The notes beneath the pieces were generated by a model, which saw only the letters and a list, made by a program, of their open reading frames with translations, ran no database searches and was not told the origin of the DNA. From assembly GCA_964631835.1 (NCBI GenBank), contig CAZWAD010000001.1:180063-244062 (forward strand): a stretch of 64,000 nucleotides of DNA. Reading direction: 5' to 3'. This document shows positions 19,841 through 28,766 of the stretch, piece by piece. The DNA is from an uncultured Chitinophaga sp. GTDB lineage: Bacteria > Bacteroidota > Bacteroidia > Chitinophagales > LD1. Numbering within the stretch: the stretch's first letter is position 1; the number at the start of each line of letters is the position of its first letter. The position numbers and the translations under genes were made by a program.

Positions 19841-19855
19841 AAAAATGTTTTAGCC

Positions 19856-20638
19856 ATGTATAACACCATTCTTTTTTCGGTTGAAAGCGGGGTTTGTTCC
19901 ATTACCCTCAACCGCCCCGATGTTTTTAATTCGTTCAACGAAGAAATGAGCGCAGATTTTATTGACGCGCTGAAGAAAGCCTCGAAAGACGAAGCCGCGC
20001 GCGCAGTAATTGTTACCGGTGCCGGCAAAGCCTTTTGCAGCGGGCAGGACTTGAAAGATATAAAAAACGCCACCGGTACGCGCAGCCTGAGCGATTCGGT
20101 AGTGCGCAGGTATAACCCCATGATTCTTGCCATCCGCGAAATGGCGAAACCGGTTATCTGCAAACTGAACGGTGTGGCTGCCGGTGCCGGTGCATCGCTG
20201 GCGCTCGCCTGCGATATTATTGTGGCTTCCGAAACCGCATCCCTCATTGAGGTATTTGCCAACGTGGGTCTGGTGCCCGATTCCGGTTCGTCATTTTTTC
20301 TTCCGCAGTTAGTGGGTTACAATAAAGCCTTCGAGCTGATTACCCTCGCCTCAAAAGTTTCGGCTAAGGAAGCCCTCGGACTTGGCATTGTTTACAAAGT
20401 GGTTGCACCGGAGGAGTTGGACAATGCAACAAACGAGCTGGCACAGAAATACGCCACCGGTCCTACCAAAGCGTATGGCATGGTAAAGAAAATGCTGAAC
20501 AAAGCTTACACCGCTAACCTCAGCGAAATGCTGCAATACGAAGCCCTGAACCAGGAAATAGCCGGAAACACCGAAGACTATAAGGAAGGAGTTACTGCAT
20601 TTGTCGAGAAAAGAAAGCCGGTGTTTAAGGGGAAGTAA
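19856..20638 (+). CDS. Enoyl-CoA hydratase/isomerase family protein (PaaG-like)
   Basis: 260 aa. Crotonase fold signatures VIVTGAGKAFCSGQDL and NGVAAGAGASLALACD. Confidence 0.85.
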   Translation: MYNTILFSVESGVCSITLNRPDVFNSFNEEMSADFIDALKKASKDEAARAVIVTGAGKAFCSGQDLKDIKNATGTRSLSDSVVRRYNPMILAIREMAKPVICKLNGVAAGAGASLALACDIIVASETASLIEVFANVGLVPDSGSSFFLPQLVGYNKAFELITLASKVSAKEALGLGIVYKVVAPEELDNATNELAQKYATGPTKAYGMVKKMLNKAYTANLSEMLQYEALNQEIAGNTEDYKEGVTAFVEKRKPVFKGK

Positions 20639-20722
20639 ACCGGATCTTCAAAAAGCCAAAATACCCTCCGCAAAACCCAAAGAGAGTCCGCAGAAATTTT
20701 TACCGGATTCTTTCAATAAAAA

Positions 20723-20986
20723 GTTGCTTGCAAAAAAATATTTGTTGCACGCAACAGCGTAATTTTTAACCTCCCCACATTTTAAATTGAACCGAAACTT
20801 AACCTGGTGAGGTAATTGCGGCATTAAAAGGAGGTAAAAACAAGTTCCGTTGCTTGCAACGCAGCCCACAGCTTTCTCGATAGGGAAAGAAATGAAGTTG
20901 ATTTCTTTAGAAATGAACACGATTTATTCTCCGGGGTATTCGAAACATATTTTGTTGCACGCAACGAATGTTTTTTTGCAAGCAAT
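20723..20986. promoter_or_regulatory. Five 12-bp dyads G-TTGC-NN-GCAA-C arranged mirror-symmetrically
   Basis: Boxes at 20723-34, 20744-55, 20849-60, 20954-65 and 20975-86. Centre-to-centre spacings are 21, 105, 105 and 21 bp. The outer pairs sit in 33-nt inverted modules (29/33 identical by hand alignment). Confidence 0.6.
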
Positions 20987-20990
20987 TTAT

Positions 20991-21020
20991 TTTGTTTAGA
21001 GGTAAATCGATTTATATTTG
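20991..21020 (+). promoter_or_regulatory. Candidate Bacteroidota-type promoter for CDS 21065
   Basis: TTTG at 20991-20994 and TATATTTG (TAnnTTTG) at 21013-21020, with an 18-nt gap. The -7 box ends 44 nt upstream of the ATG. Confidence 0.4.
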
Positions 21021-21064
21021 AATACCCTTGAAATAATTTTCAGCACTAAACAAAAATAAACAAC

Positions 21065-21757
21065 ATGAGCGGAAAAGACCCTATACCCCGCAGCGATTCG
21101 GACTTTGACATTTTTCAGGAAGGGCTGGTAAAAGCAGTGTTGGAAAATGCCGTGTTGTGGCAAATTCCTGACAGTGAAACAGAAAACCTGAGCATTGGAC
21201 AAAGCAACTGGAGCGAGGCATGGAATAAAGTAAAAAATAAAAGCACCGCCTCAGGGGTGCAGCGCGAGGCAAAAAACCTGGAGCGAAAAAAGTACTGCAA
21301 AATTCTTCGTCCGTTCATACAGCGGTGGGTTTTCCGCAACCCCCACATGAACTCTGCCGCAGTAGAAACCTGCGGGCTCAAGCCCCGTAATTACGGCAAG
21401 CATGGCAGCCTGCCGCCTGTGCCTGTGCGCATAACTATAAAGCGCCCCGACACCGGGCAAATGACCGCCTGGTGCGAAGCGCTTGCCGGTGTAGATGCTT
21501 ACGGGTGCATAGTGGTGGCAGGCGGACCGCTGCCCCCGTATATTAAGCGCAACGGCAGCGGGCAGTGGGTGGTAAGCCGAAGTGCAGCCGCAGCCGGTTC
21601 CGAAGGCGAGGTGCTTTTTATTATTGACGAAAGCAAAGGGCGCAAGAAAAAGTTCACCGGGCTAGTTCCGGGGCTCAGCTATTATTTTTATTTCTACACT
21701 ATAAATGCGCGGGGAGTAAGCGCGCTCAGCAACCCCCAGGTTTTGGTGTGCTGGTGA
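21065..21757 (+). CDS. Hypothetical protein with an FN3-like C-terminus
   Basis: 230 aa with no signal peptide. C-terminal ...FTGLVPGLSYYFYFYTINARGVSALSNP resembles a fibronectin-III strand pattern. The N-terminal region may be related to CDS 6114. Confidence 0.6.
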   Translation: MSGKDPIPRSDSDFDIFQEGLVKAVLENAVLWQIPDSETENLSIGQSNWSEAWNKVKNKSTASGVQREAKNLERKKYCKILRPFIQRWVFRNPHMNSAAVETCGLKPRNYGKHGSLPPVPVRITIKRPDTGQMTAWCEALAGVDAYGCIVVAGGPLPPYIKRNGSGQWVVSRSAAAAGSEGEVLFIIDESKGRKKKFTGLVPGLSYYFYFYTINARGVSALSNPQVLVCW

Positions 21758-21898
21758 AAGCGGCACAGAAGAATAACCAATATTCAAACAATGCTTAAAT
21801 GATATAATAACCCAAACGGCTCACTCGGCACTTCATTTTTTTAATACGGTTATTGTTTGCTCATTGCTCATTGGCAATTGGCAACCGGAGGAAGTCTT

Positions 21899-23101
21899 TT
21901 AATATTCCATTTCCGACAGTTTCTTTACCGCACGCTCTTTGTATGAGCCACCGGACTGACTCAATTCATCGAGCAGTTTTTTGGCTTCATCGCGTTTGCC
22001 TTTGTTGAGCAGGATGTTGGCTTTGTACCACTTGGAGCCATCGAGGTATTTGGTGCCGTCTTTCAGCAGTTTGTCGAAATTCTTTTCGCTGCGCTTGTTG
22101 TTGCCGTTGATATAGTCGCTGATGGCGCCAAAGTAAAGCGCATCGGCATTGTTGGGCTGGTGTTGCAATATTTCGGCAAACTGCGATGCCGAGTTTTTGT
22201 AATTGCCGCTGTTAAAGTTGCGCATGGCTTCATCAAGGGTAATAACAACCGTTTTGTCGGCTTCGTCTTTTTCAACAATGCTGCCGCGCACCACTGTGTT
22301 CAGTTCTTTGGCTGAATAATCAGCTGTAATTGTATCAGTGGCTTTGGTTTTTTTCTTTTCGGCTTTTGCCTGGGTTATGGTAACTCCCCTGGCTGTTGAA
22401 ATATCATCAGCCGTTAGTGTAGAATTCATTTGATACGAAGGAGCGGGCGCCTCGCTGTTATTTGAACGTTCCAGGCTGGCAGCACCGCTGGCGTTGGTCA
22501 TGGGAATAACTTCTTCTTTCCCTTTTTTGCCATCGGCTGCGGGTTTGTTCGCATTTTGATTTGTTTGGTTGTTGTCGGGAATTGTTACCGCAAATCCGCT
22601 GCCGGCAAAAGTTGCGGTGTCGCTGTATGATACAGAAGCTGCCGAATCTGCAGGCGCGCTTGCCGCCTGCTCAAATTTCTGTTCGGGTTTCGGCTCATCG
22701 AACAAGCCGGGTGTTGGGTTTTGAGTTTCGGTTTGGGCAATATGCTCATTCTGCTTGCCGAGGAAGTTTATCATCACAAACCCGATACCCACCAGCAAGC
22801 CAAGCAGCACAGCCGCCCACAGGTAATTCGACCAATGAATGTTAATGGTTTTTTTCTCGCGCAGACCGGTGCGTGAGCGCACTTTTTTGTTGAGGTTTCC
22901 CAGGGCAGCCGAAACAGCAGGTTTGCTGGGCGCCCCCTGCAAGCCTTCGAGCGCCTCCCGGGCAAAGGGGTCGTCTTTCAGCAGCTTTTCAAATTGCTGC
23001 CGCTCTTGGTCATCGAGCTCGTTGTTGATGTAAGCAAGCATAGCCCGCTGGGTCAACACCCCCGACTCAAGAAATTTCGTTTCCTTTTTGCTCCTGCTCA
23101 T
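21899..23101 (-). CDS. Membrane-anchored TPR protein, putative anti-sigma partner of the adjacent ECF sigma
   Basis: 400 aa. One TM (WAAVLLGLLVGIGFVMINFL), a low-complexity linker and C-terminal TPR-like repeats. The 5' end overlaps the sigma gene by 35 nt. Confidence 0.6.
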   Translation of the reverse strand: MSRSKKETKFLESGVLTQRAMLAYINNELDDQERQQFEKLLKDDPFAREALEGLQGAPSKPAVSAALGNLNKKVRSRTGLREKKTINIHWSNYLWAAVLLGLLVGIGFVMINFLGKQNEHIAQTETQNPTPGLFDEPKPEQKFEQAASAPADSAASVSYSDTATFAGSGFAVTIPDNNQTNQNANKPAADGKKGKEEVIPMTNASGAASLERSNNSEAPAPSYQMNSTLTADDISTARGVTITQAKAEKKKTKATDTITADYSAKELNTVVRGSIVEKDEADKTVVITLDEAMRNFNSGNYKNSASQFAEILQHQPNNADALYFGAISDYINGNNKRSEKNFDKLLKDGTKYLDGSKWYKANILLNKGKRDEAKKLLDELSQSGGSYKERAVKKLSEMEY

Positions 23102-23750
23102 TTTTTGCAGTTATATATCTCTTTAAGTTTTTCTTCCCGTTTTGTATGTAACTTTTCACTTCGTTCAGGCTGTAGCCCGTAATTTTCGAAACCTCGGCAT
23201 AGCTGCAATCTTTCAGATAAAACAATTCGATGCAGGTTTGCTGCTCTTCGCGCAGTTCGTCAATTCCGTTTTTCAGGTGCTCCAGCACAAATTCTTTGTC
23301 ACCTTCTTTATCACCTTCCTCCAATAGATGACTTTCTTCGGTATTTTCCACACTTATTCCGCCTAATTCGTACTGCAATTTGCGGTTAACCTTGTTGTTC
23401 TTAGCAATATTTCTGAACTCCATCATGCAGTGGTTTTTAACCACCACGTACAGCCAGGGCCTGAATGCCGTTATATGGTGCCGCTTTAATTCCGAAATCA
23501 GGAGCTCGAAAATCTGCATGGTGTTGTCTTCGGCATCTTCCTCGTTTTTGAAATATTTGAGGCACACACCGAATACTAAGTGGGTATAGCGCTGGTAAAG
23601 CTCACCGAGGTAAATCTTTTTATGCGAATTGCGGTACCGGTGAATCAATTCTTCGTCTGTAAGAGCGGTAATATTTTCTTTTGCCAATCCGCTGACGTTT
23701 TTTAAAAATAGGCAATCACAGCTATCAAAGATATACGCTTTTAACCACAA
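23067..23750 (-). CDS. ECF-type sigma-70 family RNA polymerase sigma factor
   Basis: Region 2 (FRPWLYVVVKNHCMMEFRN) and region 4 HTH (CSYAEVSKITGYSLNEVKSYIQNGKKNLK). The exact start is uncertain. Confidence 0.8.
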   Translation of the reverse strand: MWLKAYIFDSCDCLFLKNVSGLAKENITALTDEELIHRYRNSHKKIYLGELYQRYTHLVFGVCLKYFKNEEDAEDNTMQIFELLISELKRHHITAFRPWLYVVVKNHCMMEFRNIAKNNKVNRKLQYELGGISVENTEESHLLEEGDKEGDKEFVLEHLKNGIDELREEQQTCIELFYLKDCSYAEVSKITGYSLNEVKSYIQNGKKNLKRYITAKNEQEQKGNEIS

Positions 23751-23806
23751 AAGGGTAATCGTGTAAAAAACAGGGCAGAAGGATTACTAGCCGGGGGTTG
23801 TAAGAT

Positions 23807-24835
23807 TTATACGGGCTTGAAGAAAAATTCCTGGTAGCTGCGCAACAGTTTGCCGAAAACGTAATACTGAACAATGGCAAAATCGCGCCCGTTGTTGAGC
23901 GAGGCAAAATACCGGTCCACATCGTAAGTCATTTCATTGCCTTTTGAATCGAACTGGGTTTTGCTGCGCTTGCTAACCGGCATGTAAAACATTTTTACTT
24001 CGTTAACCGAATTGCCGGTTCGGACTGTAATAATGCAATAGGGAGTTGTTTTTACGACCGAATCTTTCTTCGCGTAGTCGTTTTGAAAAGCCTCCAGATA
24101 GATGGAAGAATAAAAGGCAAGATACTGGCGGATATATTTTTGTTTGTAATCACTATTCAACCGGAATTTTTCATTGAGTGGCGAAAGGGAGAAAGAATCT
24201 TCCGCCACGCGCGTTATCGAAAACGATTTCGCCTCATCGCCCGGATATTCCACATGCAGCGATTTTATTTCTTCCGGTTGGTAATTGAAAACCTGGCGGG
24301 TTCTCCAAATTTCTTCATCGGTGTTGAACCGGTTGGTCAGGTAACCTTTGAACCCCGGAATGTAAGTCATGTGCGGGCGCGAAACAGGAGTTCCGGTTTC
24401 TTCCAGAAGCATGTAAGTGTTTTGTCCGTCAATGGTTGGTCCTCCAACCCAGTAGCTTTTTAGCAGTTCATTGTCCGAATCAAAAACTTCAACATGCACT
24501 CCTTTTGATGACATATCGAGGATAACATTATCATGTGCAGCAGCGGGAACCGGGCTCCGGGACACAACCCGTGTAATTGCCTCCAGAATACTTTGCATCA
24601 GGTCTTCCCGCGCACGATACTTGCCGTTTACGAACCATACCCCGCTGGAATCGGCAAGCTCGATTCTTTTTTTCTCTTTATCGGTGAGAATGATTTTAGA
24701 AATTTCTTTGGAATCTTTTACGGCAAAATTCCCTTCGCGCTCCTCCATTGTACCCGGGGTTTGATTGCGGATAAGCCAAACGACACCGGTAAGAAGCAGA
24801 ACGATTATTACTGCATGAGGAAGATATTTTTTCAC
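23807..24835 (-). CDS. DUF4340-like protein downstream of gldG
   Basis: 342 aa with an N-terminal TM anchor. Its position directly after gldG is the usual context for this family. The name is from memory of that context, not from a search. Confidence 0.65.
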   Translation of the reverse strand: MKKYLPHAVIIVLLLTGVVWLIRNQTPGTMEEREGNFAVKDSKEISKIILTDKEKKRIELADSSGVWFVNGKYRAREDLMQSILEAITRVVSRSPVPAAAHDNVILDMSSKGVHVEVFDSDNELLKSYWVGGPTIDGQNTYMLLEETGTPVSRPHMTYIPGFKGYLTNRFNTDEEIWRTRQVFNYQPEEIKSLHVEYPGDEAKSFSITRVAEDSFSLSPLNEKFRLNSDYKQKYIRQYLAFYSSIYLEAFQNDYAKKDSVVKTTPYCIITVRTGNSVNEVKMFYMPVSKRSKTQFDSKGNEMTYDVDRYFASLNNGRDFAIVQYYVFGKLLRSYQEFFFKPV

Positions 24836-24886
24836 AAAGCGAAGTAGAGTAAAATTTACAAAGGAAGTGTCACAGAATTGTAAAAA

Positions 24887-26611
24887 TCAGGCGGCATATT
24901 TCCTGCGCCTGTAAGCCCCAAACCCCACGCCAAATAAAACAACAAGCAGAATCGGCATAGCAATATTAATAAGCTGCCATTTCAGTTTTTCGTCTTCGGC
25001 TTTCACGGTATTCAGCAGCCGCAACTTTACTTCTTTGTTGCGCGTTTCGAGAATTCCGCTTTCATCAACCAGGTATTCAATGCAGTTGAGGATAAAATCA
25101 TTATTGGCAAATTGTTGTTTTGTGTACATATAATAACCGAGAGGATAAGCGCTACTGTCGCTGCGCACCTCATTGCGGATAATATCGCCATCGGCAATCA
25201 CAATCATTTTGCTCTTGGGGCTCTTCTCCGAAAATTTTAAAGTTTCAACGGTATCGCCCATGGCAAGAAACTCAGGGGACAAACGGTTTTTGTAAACCGA
25301 CTCGAATTCACCTTCGAGCAAAACTGCGATTGGTAATTTGGGGGAGTTGTAGTATTCGGGATTTGGCTTGCTCTGCAAAATTCCGAAGTGAACGCGTGTA
25401 GGCGTAAGCTGTGCTTTTGCATTATCGGTGGTGTGCAGCAGAATCGTTTTGTTTACTCCCGGATTTTTAATTGTATCAACAGTGCTGGCGAAAAAACCTG
25501 CAACCGGGTCAAGATTACGGACTATGGCGTGATTGTTTTCTGAAATCAAAAGCGGGAAATAATACCAGGGGAACATTTCGGTTTGAGGCGCGCTGCCCAT
25601 TTGCCCCACCACTAACGGAATCTGGTTACAGAGATTGATGTCCTGAACTACATCGGCATTAATCCGAACTCCGTATTTAAAGAGCATATCGTCCAGATTA
25701 AAATCAGTCCCCTGAACAAACTGACCGGTAGGGCTTCTTTTTAAGCTGTCCATCTCCGCATTGGTTCCATCTGCCAGCCACAAAACTTTTCCCCCGTGCA
25801 TAATGTACTGGTCAATTTTGTATTTGTCTTTCTCATCGAAAGCAGTTGTCGGCTTTGCAATAATGATAACATCAACTCTTTCGGGAATATGATAATTGAT
25901 ATGCAGGTCAAAATCCTTCACTTCGTATTGAAGCGATGCAAGTGTATTTCTAATGCCGGCAGTTTCGATTAACGAAAGCTCTCCATTTCCGTGAATAAAA
26001 GCTACTTGTGGCGCGCGGTATTGTGTAAGTTTTTTGATAGCATTAGAGAATTTGTATTCGAGCAGAACTTCCGAATTATTCAGGATTTGCTGAGGTGAAA
26101 ATCCAATTTGATTTTCCAGCAACTGCACGGGCATTTCTCTTCCGCCATAAGTTACAATTGCTCCGGGAAAAATTAGCTGCTGTTTGCTTTCGGTTTTGCT
26201 TTTGGTGGTGAGGTTGGTAGGTGCCAGTCCGCGCTGAATCAAATCGCTCATCAATGCTTTGCGCTCATCCAGATTCTGAATCGCCATCGGGTCAATGAAT
26301 TGATACTCGATATTCTTTCCTCCGTAAGCGCGATATTCACTCAGCAGGTTTTTGGTTGATTCCTTCAGTCGGGTAAACCCCGCATTCAAATCTCCATCGA
26401 GGTAAACTTTTACTGTCACCACATCTTTCAGCTTTTTTGCCATCTCTTTCGATGGCTTTGAAATAGAGTAACGTTTTTCAGAGGTCAAATCCATACGGAA
26501 ATAGAAATAAACCGAAACCACATTCAGCAAAACCAAAATAGAGAATACCAGCACCAAGCGAATGATGGCATCTCTCCTGTTAGTAAGAAAGTTGCCTTTG
26601 AGTATTACCAT
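24887..26611 (-). CDS. gldG: Gliding-motility-associated ABC transporter component GldG
   Basis: 574 aa with TM segments at both ends and a large periplasmic domain. It overlaps the gldF-like gene by 7 nt. Confidence 0.8.
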   Translation of the reverse strand: MVILKGNFLTNRRDAIIRLVLVFSILVLLNVVSVYFYFRMDLTSEKRYSISKPSKEMAKKLKDVVTVKVYLDGDLNAGFTRLKESTKNLLSEYRAYGGKNIEYQFIDPMAIQNLDERKALMSDLIQRGLAPTNLTTKSKTESKQQLIFPGAIVTYGGREMPVQLLENQIGFSPQQILNNSEVLLEYKFSNAIKKLTQYRAPQVAFIHGNGELSLIETAGIRNTLASLQYEVKDFDLHINYHIPERVDVIIIAKPTTAFDEKDKYKIDQYIMHGGKVLWLADGTNAEMDSLKRSPTGQFVQGTDFNLDDMLFKYGVRINADVVQDINLCNQIPLVVGQMGSAPQTEMFPWYYFPLLISENNHAIVRNLDPVAGFFASTVDTIKNPGVNKTILLHTTDNAKAQLTPTRVHFGILQSKPNPEYYNSPKLPIAVLLEGEFESVYKNRLSPEFLAMGDTVETLKFSEKSPKSKMIVIADGDIIRNEVRSDSSAYPLGYYMYTKQQFANNDFILNCIEYLVDESGILETRNKEVKLRLLNTVKAEDEKLKWQLINIAMPILLVVLFGVGFGAYRRRKYAA

Positions 26612-27336
26612 CTTCTGCTCGAAAGCGCGGTTCGCGTGAAAAGAATAAAGGCTGAAATAACAGAAAGGAAATAAACAACATCGCGACTGTCAATTACTCC
26701 TTTGCCCATGGCATCGTAGTGTGTGCTTAGCCCGAACGATTCAATTAAGTAATCGTTCTTTCCAAAAAATATTCCGAACTGAGAAAGGTAGCTAAAGGCG
26801 AGATAAAGAAAAAAGCATAAGAACACACTCAGTATAAATGCAACAATTTGGTTTGAGGTAATAGAAGAGCAGAAAATTCCGATGGCAGCAAAGACCGCTC
26901 CGAGAAAAAACAAACCGAAATAAGAACCGAGAATTCCGCCAGCATCCACATTACCAACAGGTGAGGCAAGAGAATAAATGGTATAGAAATAAATAAAAGT
27001 AGGGACGATAGCAATGAAAACCAAGACGAGTGCTGCAAAATACTTCCCGAGAATGATTTGCAGTTCGGTTACCGGTCTTGTTGAAAGCAATTCAATAGTT
27101 CCTGTATTAATTTCCTCGGCAAATGAGCGCATGGTTATGGCTGGAATCAGGAAAATGAAAATGTAGGGGGCAATGCTGAAAAAAGAGTCAAGTGTAGCGT
27201 AGCCGAAATCGAAAATATTGGTATCGGGAAAAATCCACATAAACAAACCGAGTGCCAGAAGAAACACAATGATGGCGATATAGCCAATCAACGAGCCGAA
27301 AAATTGTTTGAGTTCTTTGAGAAAGATTGCTTTCAT
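26605..27336 (-). CDS. gldF: Gliding-motility-associated ABC transporter permease GldF
   Basis: 243 aa, a 6-TM ABC-2-type permease. It has a 4-nt ATGA overlap with the upstream ATPase gene. Confidence 0.8.
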   Translation of the reverse strand: MKAIFLKELKQFFGSLIGYIAIIVFLLALGLFMWIFPDTNIFDFGYATLDSFFSIAPYIFIFLIPAITMRSFAEEINTGTIELLSTRPVTELQIILGKYFAALVLVFIAIVPTFIYFYTIYSLASPVGNVDAGGILGSYFGLFFLGAVFAAIGIFCSSITSNQIVAFILSVFLCFFLYLAFSYLSQFGIFFGKNDYLIESFGLSTHYDAMGKGVIDSRDVVYFLSVISAFILFTRTALSSRRW

Positions 27337-28241
27337 CGGGTGAGCTGTTTGAAAATATCTTCCAAAGACGATTCCTCCTTATACAGCGAAAGCAACGTCA
27401 GATTTTTCTCTTTCGCAAAATTGAAAATCTCTTCACGAAGGTCTTTATTTCCTTCTGAAACAAAATTCCATTTGCTGTCTTTCAGTTGCTCATAGCTTTT
27501 TACTCCTCGTATAGCGCTAAGCAATGAACGCTCAACAGGCTGCTTGAATTCAACGGTTACAATTATTTCATTGCCTATTCTGTTTTGAAGATTGGCGGTT
27601 AAATCATCAGCAACAATTTTTCCTTTATTAATTATAATCACCCGGTCTGCCACCGCCTGCACCTCCTGCATAATGTGCGAAGAGAAAATTACTGTTTTGT
27701 CTTTTCCGAGTTGCTTAATCAAAGAACGGATTTCGGTCAATTGGTTCGGGTCAAGCCCCGAAGTGGGTTCATCTAATATCAATACTTCGGGATCGTGCAA
27801 CATTGCCTGTGCCAACCCAACGCGCTGTTTAAATCCTTTTGAAAGCTGACCGACTTTCTTTTTCCGCTCCGTGGTTAAGCCGGTTGCTTCAATCATTTCA
27901 TCAATTCGCGCTTTCGTAATCTTCCCAAGTTTGTGAAGACCAGCCATAAATTCAAGATATTCCTTGACGAACATATCGTGGTAAAGCGGATTATTTTCGG
28001 GCAGGTAGCCGATTCGCTTTGTTACTTCAAGCGGGGCGGAGGTTGTATCAAACCCGCACACCCCAGCTTTGCCCGATGACTGCGGAATAAAACAGGTGAG
28101 AATTTTCATGGTCGTAGATTTTCCGGCACCGTTGGGGCCCAGAAAACCCAGAACTTCACCCTTGTTCACCTCAAACGAAATTCCGTCCACAGCTTTTTGT
28201 GAGCCGTAAATTTTAGTTAGTCCGGAAACTTTTACTGACAT
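27333..28241 (-). CDS. gldA: Gliding-motility-associated ABC transporter ATP-binding subunit GldA
   Basis: 302 aa. Walker A GPNGAGKST, signature LSKGFKQRV and Walker B LILDEPTSGLD. Confidence 0.85.
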   Translation of the reverse strand: MSVKVSGLTKIYGSQKAVDGISFEVNKGEVLGFLGPNGAGKSTTMKILTCFIPQSSGKAGVCGFDTTSAPLEVTKRIGYLPENNPLYHDMFVKEYLEFMAGLHKLGKITKARIDEMIEATGLTTERKKKVGQLSKGFKQRVGLAQAMLHDPEVLILDEPTSGLDPNQLTEIRSLIKQLGKDKTVIFSSHIMQEVQAVADRVIIINKGKIVADDLTANLQNRIGNEIIVTVEFKQPVERSLLSAIRGVKSYEQLKDSKWNFVSEGNKDLREEIFNFAKEKNLTLLSLYKEESSLEDIFKQLTR

Positions 28242-28308
28242 CAGAATATTAAAGGAGCGAATTACGAGTTATGCAACAACACTTCCAAAAAGAAATGTCA
28301 CAGTTGTG

Positions 28309-28674
28309 TCATTTTTCTTTAAAAGCATATTTCCGCTTTTTGAGATTAAATTTCTTCTGTTCCGCTTTTGTGGTGCAAACACAATTTAATTTCAGCGGAG
28401 TGCCAAGCATGCGCACATTAGGCGGAATTTTTCCCAGCCAGCCGGTAAAACAAATTTTTAGCCCTTCCTTTTTGTATTCTTCGGGAAGTTGCTGCGAAAT
28501 GTAACGCATATTCGGGTTATCATCCGGAACAATCACCACGGTTTCCTTGTCTTCCAGAAATTTTACCGTGCCTTTTACTCCTTTCACTTTTCTCTCCCAT
28601 TCAAAATCAAGTCCCTGGCTTTTTACGAAAAGAATTGCCAGTAACCCAACAACTAAAACCGGAATCTTTTTCAT
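28309..28674 (-). CDS. Small hypothetical exported protein
   Basis: 121 aa with the signal peptide MKKIPVLVVGLLAILFVKSQG. Confidence 0.55.
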   Translation of the reverse strand: MKKIPVLVVGLLAILFVKSQGLDFEWERKVKGVKGTVKFLEDKETVVIVPDDNPNMRYISQQLPEEYKKEGLKICFTGWLGKIPPNVRMLGTPLKLNCVCTTKAEQKKFNLKKRKYAFKEK

Positions 28675-28766
28675 AAAGTTTTTTCTTTTTCCATTTCAAA
28701 CGCCTTGCCAAAACTAAAATTATCTGCGCGGTATCCTCTCTCATTGCTTTTTTATATTCGCGCATT

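Noticed and set aside
20648-20920. 90-aa minus-strand ORF in the 20639-21064 intergenic region
   Set aside because: It spans three of the five dyad boxes, has no sensible start context and an odd composition. The region is more economically explained as regulatory DNA.
20757-20952. Invertible promoter (inverton) as the firm interpretation of the 33-bp inverted modules
   Set aside because: This is not fully rejected, only downgraded. The only good TTTG/TAnnTTTG promoter I found lies outside the segment (20991-21020). No recombinase gene is nearby. P2 and P4 are also direct repeats with their left flank. A fifth box sits at the exact centre, which fits an operator better.
21857-21884. (TTGCTCA)x2 (TTGGCAA)x2 heptamer duplications downstream of the anti-sigma-like gene
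   Set aside because: The 28 nt are real, but this is too short and isolated to interpret.
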